Assembly (NCBI GenBank): GCA_020720625.1
Contig: DYOH01000009.1
Coordinates: 7,057-71,056 of the forward strand
Length of the DNA: 64,000 nt
From: Acetofilamentum sp.
GTDB taxonomy: Bacteria > Bacteroidota > Bacteroidia > Bacteroidales > DYOH01
Direction: 5' to 3'
Positions 20,001-30,176 of the stretch are shown here, piece after piece (within the stretch, counting starts at the first letter, position 1; the number at the start of each line of letters is the position of its first letter). The position numbers and the translations under genes are program-made. Under the pieces are notes generated by a model. The model made no database searches. It saw only the letters and a program-made list of their open reading frames with translations, and was not told the DNA's origin.

Positions 20001-21516
20001 AGGCTATATAGATGCCAATTTAAAAGCCTTCGGGAATTTTAGTGCCCCAAGTATTAGTGGTGAAATTGTTTTATCTAAAAGCCGATTTACGATAGATTAC
20101 CTGCAATCTAGATTTAATTTATCAGACACCATTTTTCTGGCACCCGGACAAATTTTGCTTAAAAACTTTCAACTAGAACAACCCAAAGCTACTGCAAACA
20201 TCAATGGCGAACTAAATTACGCCGATGGATTTAGCGAAATGTATTTTGATATTGGACTTAGTACCGGCAATTTTAACTTCTTAAACACCAAACAAACAGA
20301 TACATCCTACTTTTTCGGGGTGGCAAACTTAGCAGCCGATGCCCGAATAAGTGGTACGCTAAACGACATTAACGTTAGCATCAGCGGGAAAACCATGCCA
20401 GGAACCAGGTTTAATATTCCGCTCTCATCGGCATCGGATATCGAAGAAACTGCCTTCATAAGCTTTACAAACCAGCAGCAAGAACAAATTGTTCAAAAAG
20501 AGGAGGTATTGGCCAAACAAGTTTCCGGAATGCAAATGGATTTTACACTTAATGTTACTCCGGAAGCCGAAGTTGCACTTATTTTCGACGAAAAAGTGGG
20601 CGATGTAATTAAGGCCAGCGGTGAAGGCAACCTTAAAATTCTTATGAATGCCAACGGAGATTTAAACATGTATGGCGACTATATTCTTTCCAAAGGAGAT
20701 TATCTTTTTACTCTTGGAAATACACTCAACAAAAAATTTACCGTAGAAAAAGGTGGACTTATTCGCTGGAACGGAGACCCCTATAACGCAGAAATTAATC
20801 TGAATGCTATTTATAGCGTAAAAAAAGTGGCACTCTACGACCTTACCTACGACGACAACGATAAAAACACCAAAATTCCTGCCGATTGTAAACTCAACAT
20901 GACAAATAACCTGGAGCAACCGGTAATTCTTTTTGGAATAGAATTACCAACTGCCGACGAAGATATTGTGCAACAATTTAATACACTTCCTTCCGACGAA
21001 CTCAACAAACAAATTCTATCGCTGTTGATATTTAATAAATTTCAGGCACTTCCTGGTTATAAGCAAGATGCATCCAAACAAGCTGGCGTAGGATTTAATA
21101 CCACAGAAATGATTACAAACCAGCTTAGCCACTGGCTATCTCAGATTAGCAACGACTTAGATATCGGCATCAACTACCAAAGCGGAGATAGCCTGAATAG
21201 TTCTGCCCTCGAAGTTGAACTTTCGACACAATTACTCAACGAAAGATTAATCATAAACAGCAACTTTGGAGTAAGCTCCAATAATCAAAGTACTAATAAT
21301 CAGAACTTTGTTGGTGATATGGAAATTGAATATAAAATAGACAAAGCAGGAAAATTCAGAGCCAAAGCATTTACCAAAACCAATCAAAACGATGTATACT
21401 TTGAACAAGTGCCTTATTCCTATGGCTTAGGAATATTCTATCGCCACGAATTTGAGCATCTTTTTAAACATTATTATACAAAAAAAATAGTAGCAGATTC
21501 TACTAAAATTAAATAA
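17059..21516 (+). CDS. tamB: Translocation/assembly module TamB (AsmA-like) protein
   Basis: N-terminal membrane anchor, long beta-rich body, C-terminal DUF490-like region (WNGDPYNA, QILSLLIFNKF, GLGIFYRHEF). Confidence 0.85.
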   Translation: MKTRKPINRYFVILIVFTELFVLHWLALFIINKLPIKQKLLKTITEQAEKYLHAKISLQDIKLNLTGFTIEGITVFDHNKDTMLHAGKIFLSLPYINTEKQSIKAYKIAASHIYFYHHTDSLGINNLSKWLENFNSEPDSTELKTSNPWKIDVMQIVLENLQLISKSDSVAETPGFFNSSDIQILAQTEIHDFNLEGDIIYARIKKLSAFEKSGLTLRQLEAEINFHPSEISIADLHLALNNSDFYFTQILLNPDSAYNYANVYESGKIKVYPHATKHNTLNTSDLKYFSNKIPVLELQFTGIIKGNMHSIQVQNFNLSLGNHTRLFTNAKVENAFDFENLRFKIPLLQVNSNINLLNKDLGNILGVALLSDTLSIVNFKLKADGSLKNAFIDAQLHTIFGNIFLNTRLDYKHETYLAEGKIWSDEMKSEKLPFLPYDSLKLQTQNSFLALYSKNNLEITAKGKISEIEIDETRLDSVFYDFNMADNQIRFSSSSLDAHLNFNIKGNLNLNNSSIIGKTAFEINRVDLKKLRIDNSDFNNILKIDQIISEFQYTNIDSFGGFIDIKNLKIASVEKAFILKRLILTADSVKNEKRIKLVSDFVNGSIQGKFTVPDLFEAGLFTLNQHLPTVFQTEALSSEELSMNHPMQFDLLDETKKLNFNILIKDLYPLTNVFAPDYYLAPNTRINGFYFLDLNKLEFSVYTDSISVADNKIKNLTFEVKNYSDKIHVNAFSEGINLSNQIYLDQFTMDWFIFRDTIGFECNWGNFSTSDANSGEIKMQIVPTKVDTNVVYNFHIFPTELTINNKIWEIAQSKISIAPDSILVSLFEISQQNQKIGINGKISQNEKDALKISFNQFLLENFNSFLASSGISLSGIMSGQMALHNLLQMPYFFADDTIIDFSLNKQLMGNTYLLTNYNAAEEKINLRLWAEKGLRKKTTTLLIDGYYQPADNFFQLDTIKIDQLPIKTFEPFLSGYLSTPVGYIDANLKAFGNFSAPSISGEIVLSKSRFTIDYLQSRFNLSDTIFLAPGQILLKNFQLEQPKATANINGELNYADGFSEMYFDIGLSTGNFNFLNTKQTDTSYFFGVANLAADARISGTLNDINVSISGKTMPGTRFNIPLSSASDIEETAFISFTNQQQEQIVQKEEVLAKQVSGMQMDFTLNVTPEAEVALIFDEKVGDVIKASGEGNLKILMNANGDLNMYGDYILSKGDYLFTLGNTLNKKFTVEKGGLIRWNGDPYNAEINLNAIYSVKKVALYDLTYDDNDKNTKIPADCKLNMTNNLEQPVILFGIELPTADEDIVQQFNTLPSDELNKQILSLLIFNKFQALPGYKQDASKQAGVGFNTTEMITNQLSHWLSQISNDLDIGINYQSGDSLNSSALEVELSTQLLNERLIINSNFGVSSNNQSTNNQNFVGDMEIEYKIDKAGKFRAKAFTKTNQNDVYFEQVPYSYGLGIFYRHEFEHLFKHYYTKKIVADSTKIK

Positions 21517-21581
21517 ATAGATAGAACTTCAGATATGTTGTAAAATACTAAATATTTATTCTCATAATCTTTCAACATCTC

Positions 21582-21589
21582 TATCTTTG
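21582..21589 (+). promoter_or_regulatory. Bacteroidota -7 box (TATCTTTG) for nhaD
   Basis: TAnnTTTG about 50 nt upstream of the ATG. Confidence 0.5.
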
Positions 21590-21639
21590 AGCACCTTTTT
21601 AAGGCAGTAAATTAATTTTTTAACTAAAAATAGAGATTT

Positions 21640-23097
21640 ATGTTTATTTTAATGGTCGTTATTTTTGTTTTAGGGTATGTATCAATAGCCCTTGAACATC
21701 CGCTGCGTGTAGACAAAGCTGCTCCTGCTTTGCTAATAGGCGTATTAACCTGGGTTGTATATATGCTCGGAAGCAGCGATATTTTAAGCATGGTAAATGC
21801 ATCGGGAGAATATGTGAGCAAAGCTTGGGGAGAATTTGTAAATACAAATCCTGCCAAAAATAATCACGAAGGAATGGTGGAATTTATTTCTCACCACGAG
21901 CTATTGCATCACTTGGGCGAAATTGCCGAAATTCTATTCTTCTTGCTTGGAGCAATGACTATTGTTGAAATTGTAGATCAACACCAAGGATTTAAAGTAA
22001 TTACTGACAGAATACATACCACCAATAAAGTTAAATTATTGTGGATTATTAGTTTCCTTACATTCTTTATGTCGGCTGTATTAGATAACCTTACAACAAC
22101 TATTGTTTTAGTGGCCCTTTTGCGCAAACTAATAAACGACAAAGAAACACGCTGGTTTTTTGCCAGTATGGTAGTTTTGGCTGCCAATGCCGGTGGTGCA
22201 TGGTCGCCCATTGGCGACGTTACCACAATTATGCTTTGGATTGGCGGACAAATTACCGCTGCAAACATTATTTTAATGGTATTCATACCCAGTTTGGTTA
22301 CAATAATAATTCCGCTTGCCGTTCTCTCATTTATAATGAAAGGCGAGGTAGAAAGACCAGTTGTTGAAAATAACGGCCCCGGCCTTGTTTCGTCGCGCCA
22401 ACAAATATTTATCTTAATTATGGGTGTTTCAGCATTACTATTTGTTCCGGTGTTTAAAACTCTTACACATCTCCCCCCATATTTAGGCATGTTATTTGGC
22501 TTGAGCATTCTCTGGGTTACTACAGAAATCTTACACCGCTGGTATGCCGATTATAAAAAGAAAAAGGGCGAATTGGTGGATACAAAAGAAGGAAATTTTG
22601 GTGTGGAATCAAAAGATAAACTGGTTGTAATTAAAATATTATCAAAAGTAGATGTTCCTACAGTGCTCTTCTTCTTAGGAATATTGCTGGCCGTAGCCAG
22701 TATGCAATCCGCCGGACAACTTGGCATTTTAGCTAAATATTTAGACAAAACATTAGGAAACATTTATCTGATAAATCTGGCCATTGGAATCCTTTCTTCA
22801 ATTGTAGACAATGTGCCACTTGTAGCTGGTGCCATGGGTATGTACGATATTGCAGCAGCCGGAACAACAGGCTACGCATCAAGCTTTATGGTTGATGGCG
22901 CATTCTGGGAATTTTTGGCCTATTGCGCCGGTACAGGCGGTAGTATTTTAATTATTGGCTCAGCCGCAGGTGTAGCTGCCATGGGAATGGAAAAAATTGA
23001 TTTTATCTGGTATCTCAAACGAATAAGCTTACTGGCTCTATTAGGTTATTTCTCAGGAGCTGCTGTTTACTATTTGCAATATTCACTTTTACACTAA
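21640..23097 (+). CDS. nhaD: Na+/H+ antiporter, NhaD family
   Basis: SAVLDNLTTTIV, AANAGGAWSPIGDVTT, VDNVPLVA and GTGGSILIIGSAAGV; multi-pass hydrophobic. Confidence 0.92.
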   Translation: MFILMVVIFVLGYVSIALEHPLRVDKAAPALLIGVLTWVVYMLGSSDILSMVNASGEYVSKAWGEFVNTNPAKNNHEGMVEFISHHELLHHLGEIAEILFFLLGAMTIVEIVDQHQGFKVITDRIHTTNKVKLLWIISFLTFFMSAVLDNLTTTIVLVALLRKLINDKETRWFFASMVVLAANAGGAWSPIGDVTTIMLWIGGQITAANIILMVFIPSLVTIIIPLAVLSFIMKGEVERPVVENNGPGLVSSRQQIFILIMGVSALLFVPVFKTLTHLPPYLGMLFGLSILWVTTEILHRWYADYKKKKGELVDTKEGNFGVESKDKLVVIKILSKVDVPTVLFFLGILLAVASMQSAGQLGILAKYLDKTLGNIYLINLAIGILSSIVDNVPLVAGAMGMYDIAAAGTTGYASSFMVDGAFWEFLAYCAGTGGSILIIGSAAGVAAMGMEKIDFIWYLKRISLLALLGYFSGAAVYYLQYSLLH

Positions 23098-23230
23098 TGA
23101 GTCTAGTCTAAAAACCCTGCCAGCGTTGATTTTTATAAAATGCTGTAACTGTACTAAACAGTTTATAAGTCAATTAAGAAAACGCTGGCAGGGGTATAAT
23201 CATTTTTTCAATCTTTTTAGACTGAACTCA
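23098..23230. mobile_element. 133-bp MITE-like element with nested inverted repeats
   Basis: Terminal IRs TGAGTCTAGTCTAAAAA (23098-23114) / TTTTTAGACTGAACTCA (23214-23230), 15 of 17 matching; inner perfect IR CCCTGCCAGCGTT (23115-23127) / AACGCTGGCAGGG (23181-23193). Confidence 0.6.
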
Positions 23231-23251
23231 CTAATTAAAAACATATTTGCC

Positions 23252-23288
23252 AAAAAGCCGAAATCTATTTGCTTTCGGCTTTTTTTTT
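23252..23288 (+). terminator. Rho-independent terminator for nhaD
   Basis: AAAAAGCCGAAA-loop-TTTCGGCTTTTTTTTT. Confidence 0.85.
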
Positions 23289-23302
23289 AGCGTTATTTTT
23301 TA

Positions 23303-23310
23303 TAGATTTG
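23303..23310 (+). promoter_or_regulatory. Bacteroidota -7 box (TAGATTTG) for the yfiR-HK operon
   Basis: TAnnTTTG 25 nt upstream of the ATG; identical to the box upstream of siaB. Confidence 0.5.
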
Positions 23311-23335
23311 ATAGATTAATAAGTTTTGTGCTCTA

Positions 23336-23863
23336 ATGAGAATTTTCTCACTAATTATTGTTTTATTGATTGGCTCTGATTATGCCTTTTCACAACACTC
23401 GCAAGATGTGCTAAAGGCTGTATTTACAGCACGTTTTATACAATTTAGTCAATGGGAAAACGAGGAAATATTCTTTCAAAAACAAGATAAATTCTATTTC
23501 TATTCTTTATCAGAAAAAAGTATTAATAACGAACTGGAAAAAACGCTTTCCAAAATTGTACTAAAAGGAAAAAAAGTAGAGTTTAAGAAAATTTCTGATA
23601 TAGAAGAAGCATTAGAAGCCAACGTAATTTTTTTAAGCGACGATTGTATAGAATGCATCGCATCTTTAATAAATGCAGTCGAAAACAAACCAATTCTTAT
23701 TATTAGTGATGCAGATAATTTTGCAGAATTTGGCGTACACATCAATATGTACATTACAAACAAAGGTACAATAGGATTTGAATTGAACATGAAAGCTTTT
23801 GAAAAATCGGGAATTATGCCCAATAGCGGTTTAATCAGAATGGGTAAAATTGTAAAACAATGA
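23336..23863 (+). CDS. YfiR/HmsC (DUF4154) family periplasmic protein
   Basis: Signal peptide; LKAVFTARFIQFSQW, PILIISDADNFAEFGVHINM, IGFELNMKAFEKSGI; ATGA overlap with a HAMP sensor kinase. Confidence 0.85.
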   Translation: MRIFSLIIVLLIGSDYAFSQHSQDVLKAVFTARFIQFSQWENEEIFFQKQDKFYFYSLSEKSINNELEKTLSKIVLKGKKVEFKKISDIEEALEANVIFLSDDCIECIASLINAVENKPILIISDADNFAEFGVHINMYITNKGTIGFELNMKAFEKSGIMPNSGLIRMGKIVKQ

Positions 23864-25965
23864 ACATATTTAGCAAACTATCTATAAAGTATAAAATAAT
23901 ATTTGTCAGCCTGATTATCACTATCCCATCGGTTTTAATAAGCAGCATGTTGATACTTTATCTTAATCTGAACACATTCAAAAACGAAATTATTCAAAAA
24001 TCGCTTACCGATGCAAAATTGGTTAATGAACTTATTGCCGCCCCTATGGCTTTCGATTATGCCGATCAGGTATATCAAATTATTGAAAAACTAATTAACC
24101 AGGAAAACATACTTTCTATTTATGTGCTTAATAATAAAAATGAAGTGATAAGCGAATACATAAAACCGGGAACACAAAAATTTTCGCTATCCCTGCGCAA
24201 CGAAAGTGAAATTAACTCCTACCGGTATGCTTTCGACGATATAAATACCTTACACATAGACTATACCATTTCCTTCGAAACCGAAAAATACGGAAATTTA
24301 ATAATTTATTCTGATACCGGAATCACTAAATATTTCTGGCACTCCTTGCAATACATAATCATAATTGGCTTAATCATTGGCCTACTCGCTTATATTGTAA
24401 TCTCCAGACTACAGATTATTATATCGGCACCCATTGTGGAATTAGCCGAAATTAGCCAAAAAATTACCGAAAACCAAGACTATACCATTACTGTTACAAC
24501 CAATTCTAAAGACGAAATCGGATTATTATACAATCAGTACCAAAAAATGTTGTACTCACTGCAAACAAAAGAAAAGGAGAATAGAGAAATAGTAGACAAA
24601 CTTAAGCAAAATCAACAAACCTTAATAAAAACGCAAGCAATTGCACGCATTGGAAGTTGGGAACGAAACTTTTTGACCAACGAAATAGTTTGGTCCGACG
24701 AAGAATACCAAATACTCGAACAATCCAAACATCTAATTCCAACTTTCGACGCAATCCTGGAAAACATTTATCCTGCCGACAAGCAAAATTTTTTAAACAA
24801 TTGGGAGAAAGCACTAAAATTTGGAGCAGAATACAATATCGAATTTCGGTACATGCGAAACTCCGGAATAAAATGGCTTCAGGAAAAAGCCGAAATATAC
24901 TTCGACAAAAACGGAAAAGCCTTGAAAGCACTTGGCTACACTTATGATGTTACCAAACGAAAAGAGCAAGAACTTGAGCTGCTCAAACACCGAAATAACC
25001 TTGAAGAACTAGTACAACACAGAACAAACGAAATTATACAACTCTATTCTGATATTGCCTTCAAAAATGAATTGCTCTATAAAATAAATTCGGAGCTAAA
25101 CAGCGAAAAACTTAAAGTAGTGGAGCAAAGCGAAAAAATAAACAGTGTAAATTCGAGATTACTAAAAAAAGCACAAGAACTTGAAAACACCTTAGGAAAA
25201 TTAAAATCGGCTCAATCGCAATTAGTGCAACAAGAAAAAATGGCTTCGCTCGGTACCTTAACCGCCGGTATTGCACACGAAATAAACAATCCAATTAATT
25301 TTATATCATCAAATATGATGGGTCTCGAAACATTACTATTTGAATTAAAAGAACAATTTGATAACTTGGCTGCTTTACAACCAGAAAATGGAAACATCAT
25401 AAAAGAGATAAATAGCAATATAAACCTGTTAATCAATAATATAAAGATTGGAATTAACCGAACTGTTGAAATTATTAAGAGTTTAAGAACATTCTCCAGA
25501 GATAGTAAAGAAAACTACTCAAATGCAAATATAAACGATAATTTGGACTCGACATTGCTGCTGCTTAAAAATCAGTACAAAGACAAAATAGAAATAATTA
25601 AAGAATATGGCCATATTTCTCCGGTATTTTGCTCCATCGGACAAATAAATCAAGTGTTTATGAATTTGATTTTAAATGCCATTCAGGCAATTACTGATGC
25701 CGGAGTTATCAAAATAAAAACCACCGAAGAAACCAATTTCTTAAAAATTACAATCGAAGACAGCGGAAAAGGTATACCGGAGGATATCAAAAACAAAATC
25801 TTTGAACCATTCTTTACAACCAAAGAAATTGGAAAAGGAACAGGCCTTGGCTTATCTATTAGCTACAACATTATAAAAAATCACAAAGGTGAAATAAAAG
25901 TAGAGTCAACTATTGGAAAAGGAACAAGTTTTTTTGTATTTTTACCACTAAATGAAAAAGCATAA
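23860..25965 (+). CDS. Membrane sensor histidine kinase (periplasmic sensor-HAMP-PAS-HisKA-HATPase)
   Basis: Two TM helices, HAMP ([14 protein letters not shown]), PAS (IGSWE...WSDEEYQI), H-box [33 protein letters not shown]. Confidence 0.92.
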   Translation: MNIFSKLSIKYKIIFVSLIITIPSVLISSMLILYLNLNTFKNEIIQKSLTDAKLVNELIAAPMAFDYADQVYQIIEKLINQENILSIYVLNNKNEVISEYIKPGTQKFSLSLRNESEINSYRYAFDDINTLHIDYTISFETEKYGNLIIYSDTGITKYFWHSLQYIIIIGLIIGLLAYIVISRLQIIISAPIVELAEISQKITENQDYTITVTTNSKDEIGLLYNQYQKMLYSLQTKEKENREIVDKLKQNQQTLIKTQAIARIGSWERNFLTNEIVWSDEEYQILEQSKHLIPTFDAILENIYPADKQNFLNNWEKALKFGAEYNIEFRYMRNSGIKWLQEKAEIYFDKNGKALKALGYTYDVTKRKEQELELLKHRNNLEELVQHRTNEIIQLYSDIAFKNELLYKINSELNSEKLKVVEQSEKINSVNSRLLKKAQELENTLGKLKSAQSQLVQQEKMASLGTLTAGIAHEINNPINFISSNMMGLETLLFELKEQFDNLAALQPENGNIIKEINSNINLLINNIKIGINRTVEIIKSLRTFSRDSKENYSNANINDNLDSTLLLLKNQYKDKIEIIKEYGHISPVFCSIGQINQVFMNLILNAIQAITDAGVIKIKTTEETNFLKITIEDSGKGIPEDIKNKIFEPFFTTKEIGKGTGLGLSISYNIIKNHKGEIKVESTIGKGTSFFVFLPLNEKA

Positions 25966-27101
25966 TGATTAATTCGTCGGGAAGAATATTAGAACCAATA
26001 CTTTACATTGATGATGAAGAGCAAAACCTGACAGGTTTTAAATTTACATTTTATAAAGATTTTAAAATATTTACCGCAATCAACCAAGACGAAACTTGGA
26101 AAATTCTCGACGAACAAACCATTAAAGTTGTTATCTCTGACCAAAGAATGCCCCAAATTAGTGGAATAGAACTTCTCCAAAAAATTAACCAGAAGTATCC
26201 TTCCATTATTCTTATTCTTATGACCGGATACACTGATTTACAAGCAATAATAGACGCAATTAATAAAGTTGGAATTTTTAAATACATTGCCAAACCTTGG
26301 GAAAAAGAAGACGTAAAGCTTATTTTAAACAGCGCCATTAAAACATATAACCTAAGTTTCGAAAACGAAAACCTGATTCACGATCTAAAAATAGCTAAAG
26401 AGAAAGCCGAAGAATCCGACAAACTTAAAACTGCTTTTTTAAAAAATATTTCCCACGAAATAAGAACACCACTAAATGGAATGCTTGGTTTCTTAAATCT
26501 GATGCTTGAGCAAACAAAGGGAATTCCGAAATTCGAAAACTATGAGCTGTACATAAGAAACGGTGCCAACGAACTTTTGGATATTATTCAGAATATTGTA
26601 GAAATGGCCGAAATTCAAACAGAAAAAACCAAAACCCTTGTTGAAACATTTGAGTTAAATGCCCTTATTAATGCCATAAAACAGGAGTTCAAATCGAATG
26701 ATTTGTACTTGGATAACCCCAATGTACAGTTTAAGTGCAGTACTCCCGATATTCAGAATACAATTAATTCTGATAAAACCAAAATCAAGGAAATTTACAG
26801 ACATCTCATTCACAATGCACTCAAATTTACATCACAAGGTATTGTTGATTTTGGATACGAAATAAATAACAGCAAGCTAGAGATTTTTGTTAAGGATACA
26901 GGAATAGGAATTAAGCAAGAAGATTTGCCGCACATTTTCAACAGATTTTGGAAAGGCTACTTCGAAGACAATCTTTTCCGTGGTTTAGGAATTGGCCTTA
27001 GCATTACCAAATCGTATGTCGATGATTTACATGGTGAAATTTATGTAATCTCAACGCCCAATCAAAGTACAGAATTCAGAGTTATTATTCCCTTAAGCTG
27101 A
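25965..27101 (+). CDS. Hybrid receiver-histidine kinase (REC-HisKA-HATPase)
   Basis: YIDDE...SDQRMP receiver with conserved T and K; SHEIRTPLNG H-box, HNALKFT, DTGIGI, GLGIGLSI. Confidence 0.9.
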   Translation: MINSSGRILEPILYIDDEEQNLTGFKFTFYKDFKIFTAINQDETWKILDEQTIKVVISDQRMPQISGIELLQKINQKYPSIILILMTGYTDLQAIIDAINKVGIFKYIAKPWEKEDVKLILNSAIKTYNLSFENENLIHDLKIAKEKAEESDKLKTAFLKNISHEIRTPLNGMLGFLNLMLEQTKGIPKFENYELYIRNGANELLDIIQNIVEMAEIQTEKTKTLVETFELNALINAIKQEFKSNDLYLDNPNVQFKCSTPDIQNTINSDKTKIKEIYRHLIHNALKFTSQGIVDFGYEINNSKLEIFVKDTGIGIKQEDLPHIFNRFWKGYFEDNLFRGLGIGLSITKSYVDDLHGEIYVISTPNQSTEFRVIIPLS

Positions 27102-27103
27102 TA

Positions 27104-27988
27104 TTATTTTTTTGATATATCTGCCGCCAATAAGGTATTTTTCAACAAAGATACTATCGTCATTGGTCCCACCCCACCAGGAACAGGTGTGATATAACTG
27201 CATTTTGGAGCCACTTCTTCGAAAAGAACATCTCCTTTTAGTCTAAAACCCGATTTTGTTTCTTGCGATGGAACTCTTGTGGTTCCTACATCGATAACCA
27301 CTGCACCGTCTTTAACCATTTCTGCCCCTACAAATTCGGGATTACCAAGTGCTGCAATCAGAATATCTGCCTGTAAGGTGATTTCTGACAAATTTTTGGT
27401 TCTGCTATGACAAATTGTAACAGTGGCATCGCCTGGTTTGGACTTGCGGCTCAATAACAATGCAAGCGGTGTTCCAACTATATTGCTTCTTCCCAACACA
27501 ACAACATGCTTTCCGCTAGTATCTATTTTATAATATTTCAGCAATTCTAAAATGCCAAAAGGTGTAGCCGGAAGAAAAGACGGAAGGCCAATAACCATCT
27601 TTCCAACATTAACAGGATGAAACCCGTCTACATCTTTCTCTGGCGAAATGGCTTCAATAATTTTTTGCTCATCGATATGTTTTGGCAAAGGCAACTGTAC
27701 AATAAATCCATCAATATCAATGTTTCTATTTAAATCTCCGATTACACTAAGTAACTCTAATTCAGAAACTTGCTCATCCATCCGAATAAGTGTACTATCA
27801 AAACCTACCTGGGCACATGCTTTAACCTTATGTCCAACATAAGTTTCGCTTCCACCGTCGTTTCCTACAAGCACAGCAGCCAAATGTGGTTTTTTTAGAC
27901 CAGATGCAAGTCTTTGCTTTACAGCTTCGGCAATCTGGAGCTTTATATGCTCCGAAACCATTTTTCCGTCGATGATTTGATAGGCCAT
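27104..27988 (-). CDS. folD: Bifunctional methylenetetrahydrofolate dehydrogenase/cyclohydrolase
   Basis: [17 protein letters not shown] and [11 protein letters not shown] motifs. Confidence 0.97.
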   Translation of the reverse strand: MAYQIIDGKMVSEHIKLQIAEAVKQRLASGLKKPHLAAVLVGNDGGSETYVGHKVKACAQVGFDSTLIRMDEQVSELELLSVIGDLNRNIDIDGFIVQLPLPKHIDEQKIIEAISPEKDVDGFHPVNVGKMVIGLPSFLPATPFGILELLKYYKIDTSGKHVVVLGRSNIVGTPLALLLSRKSKPGDATVTICHSRTKNLSEITLQADILIAALGNPEFVGAEMVKDGAVVIDVGTTRVPSQETKSGFRLKGDVLFEEVAPKCSYITPVPGGVGPMTIVSLLKNTLLAADISKK

Positions 27989-27999
27989 TTTAGATGCTT

Positions 28000-29358
28000 T
28001 TATCTTCTTTTTTTCTTTCCTTTTTTTGCCACAGCAGTTCCCGCACCGGGTACGTTTTTGCCCAATCCTTTTCCAGCCGACATCATGCGCATCATTTTAC
28101 GCGTTTCGTCGAATTGTTTTATAAGTCTGTTCACTTCCTGAATAGATGTTCCGCTACCGCTGGCAATTCTGTTTTTTCGGCTACCATTTAATACTTCAGG
28201 CTCTTCTCTTTCTTTTGGGGTCATTGACTGTATTATTGCTTCTATTCCCTTAAATGCATTATCGTCAATATCCATATCTTTAATGGCTTTGCCAACACCC
28301 GGAATCATAGAGGCCAAATCTTTCAGATTTCCCATCTTCTTAATTTGTTGAATCTGACTGAGAAAATCATCAAAGTTGAATTTGTTTTTGGCAATTTTCT
28401 TCTGAAGTTTGCGGGCTTCTTCTTCGTCGAATTGTTCCTGAGCCTTTTCAACCAAAGAAAGCACATCACCCATACCCAAAATACGGCTAGCCATACGATC
28501 GGGATGGAACACATCGAGTGCATCCATTTTTTCGCCAGTACCAACAAATTTAATTGGTTTATTAACCACCGAGCGAATAGAAAGGGCAGCACCACCGCGG
28601 GTATCGCCATCTAATTTGGTTAGCACCACGCCATCAAAATTCAATCTGTCGTTGAATTCCTTTGCGGTATTAACGGCGTCCTGACCAGTCATACTATCTA
28701 CAACGAATAATATTTCGTGAGGGTTAACGGCCTTTTTAATGTTGCTTATTTCGTTCATCATCTCCTCATCAACGGCCAAGCGACCGGCGGTATCAATGAT
28801 TACAACATCGTATCCTCTTAGTTTTGCTTCTTTTACGGCATTTTGGGCAATCTGTACCGGATTTTTACTTCCATCTTCCGAATATACAGGTATCCCAATT
28901 TGTTGGCCTAAAACCTTTAGCTGCTCAATGGCTGCCGGACGATAAACGTCGCCGGCAACAAGCAAAGGTTGTTTGCCTCGTTTTGTTTTCAAAAAGTTTG
29001 AAAATTTTCCGCTGAAAGTGGTTTTTCCCGAACCTTGTAATCCGGCAATCAAAATTACGGCAGGATTTCCTTTCAGGTTAACATCTACAGTTTGCCCGCC
29101 CATTAAATTAACCAATTCCTGATGAACGATTTTCACCATCAATTCACCCGGTTTCACAGCGATAAGCACGTCTTGTCCAAGGGCTTTTTCTTTTACCGTA
29201 TTGGTAAATTCTTTGGCTATTTTAAAGTTTACGTCAGCATCTAGCAGTGCTTTTCTTACTTCTTTAAGCGTTTCGGCCACATTAAGCTCTGTAATTCTTC
29301 CCTGACCTTTTAGAAGTTTTAGCGACCTGTCGAGTTTATCCGTTAAATTTTCAAACAT
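28000..29358 (-). CDS. ffh: Signal recognition particle protein
   Basis: [36 protein letters not shown] domain with RIASGSG. Confidence 0.98.
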   Translation of the reverse strand: MFENLTDKLDRSLKLLKGQGRITELNVAETLKEVRKALLDADVNFKIAKEFTNTVKEKALGQDVLIAVKPGELMVKIVHQELVNLMGGQTVDVNLKGNPAVILIAGLQGSGKTTFSGKFSNFLKTKRGKQPLLVAGDVYRPAAIEQLKVLGQQIGIPVYSEDGSKNPVQIAQNAVKEAKLRGYDVVIIDTAGRLAVDEEMMNEISNIKKAVNPHEILFVVDSMTGQDAVNTAKEFNDRLNFDGVVLTKLDGDTRGGAALSIRSVVNKPIKFVGTGEKMDALDVFHPDRMASRILGMGDVLSLVEKAQEQFDEEEARKLQKKIAKNKFNFDDFLSQIQQIKKMGNLKDLASMIPGVGKAIKDMDIDDNAFKGIEAIIQSMTPKEREEPEVLNGSRKNRIASGSGTSIQEVNRLIKQFDETRKMMRMMSAGKGLGKNVPGAGTAVAKKGKKKRR

Positions 29359-29387
29359 AAAATTATCTCATTTTCATATTTCGAGCG

Positions 29388-29395
29388 CAAAATTA
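29388..29395 (-). promoter_or_regulatory. Bacteroidota -7 box (TAATTTTG) for ffh-folD
   Basis: TAnnTTTG about 30 nt upstream of the ffh ATG. Confidence 0.55.
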
Positions 29396-29683
29396 AAAAA
29401 ATTTCTTAAAGAACTGACATATTCTCTATCGCTTTTTTATTTTGCAAACAAAATATTATCAATTAATTAATATTAAGCTTAAATAATTTTTTTCGTTTTA
29501 CACAAAAAATGCCTATCTTTCAATCGACGAAAAAATATTATGTAAAATTTTCGAAATAGCCCTAAATTTTTATTTTATGAAAAAAAAATTTATCGCCAAA
29601 ATATCTTAATCAATTGATATAATAGGTTCTAACACACTTTATTTCCTATTCGCAATAGCTACCCACATATTAACACAAAAATC

Positions 29684-30082
29684 ATGAAAAAGGAATTTAC
29701 CATCGAATTTGAAATGAATACATCACCTCAATTAATTTTTTCTTTTGTTGATACCTCAGATGGATTACAAGAATGGTTTGCCGACAAAGTTACTCAAAAC
29801 AACCATTTTTATATTTTTATTTGGGATCAATCTCAGGAAATTGCCATAAAAATGGAATCCAAAAAAAACGAATGGGTAAAATACGCCTGGGTTGAAAACG
29901 AAAATGAAGATATAAACAATATTGATCCTGAAGCAATAATTAAATTTGCGATTATTCAACATGAATTAACCGGCGATGTTTCACTAATGATAAGCTTCTT
30001 TGAAGAAGAAGATGAATTCGAAAACGAAAAAGTAGTATGGGAACATCAAATTCAAAAATTAAAACGCACTATGGGCTTATAA
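29684..30082 (+). CDS. START-like (START_2/SRPBCC) domain protein
   Basis: GLQEWFADKV, FIWD, ELTGDVSL and W-x-x-QI-x-x-LKRTMG; position upstream of lptF typical of Bacteroidota. Confidence 0.85.
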   Translation: MKKEFTIEFEMNTSPQLIFSFVDTSDGLQEWFADKVTQNNHFYIFIWDQSQEIAIKMESKKNEWVKYAWVENENEDINNIDPEAIIKFAIIQHELTGDVSLMISFFEEEDEFENEKVVWEHQIQKLKRTMGL

Positions 30083-30141
30083 ATCATTTTTTTTTTCTTC
30101 GCTTTTTAATATGAAATAAGGTCAATATTTCACAAAAATTG

Positions 30142-30149
30142 TACATTTG
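30142..30149 (+). promoter_or_regulatory. Bacteroidota -7 box (TACATTTG) for lptF-GT-GT-ribBA
   Basis: TAnnTTTG 27 nt upstream of the ATG. Confidence 0.55.
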
Positions 30150-30176
30150 TGCCTTCAAAAATAAAATATCAATCAG

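Noticed and set aside
29359..29683. SRP RNA (ffs) or another ncRNA next to ffh
   Set aside because: Region is very AT-rich with no GC-rich stem or SRP loop motif; it looks like divergent promoters.
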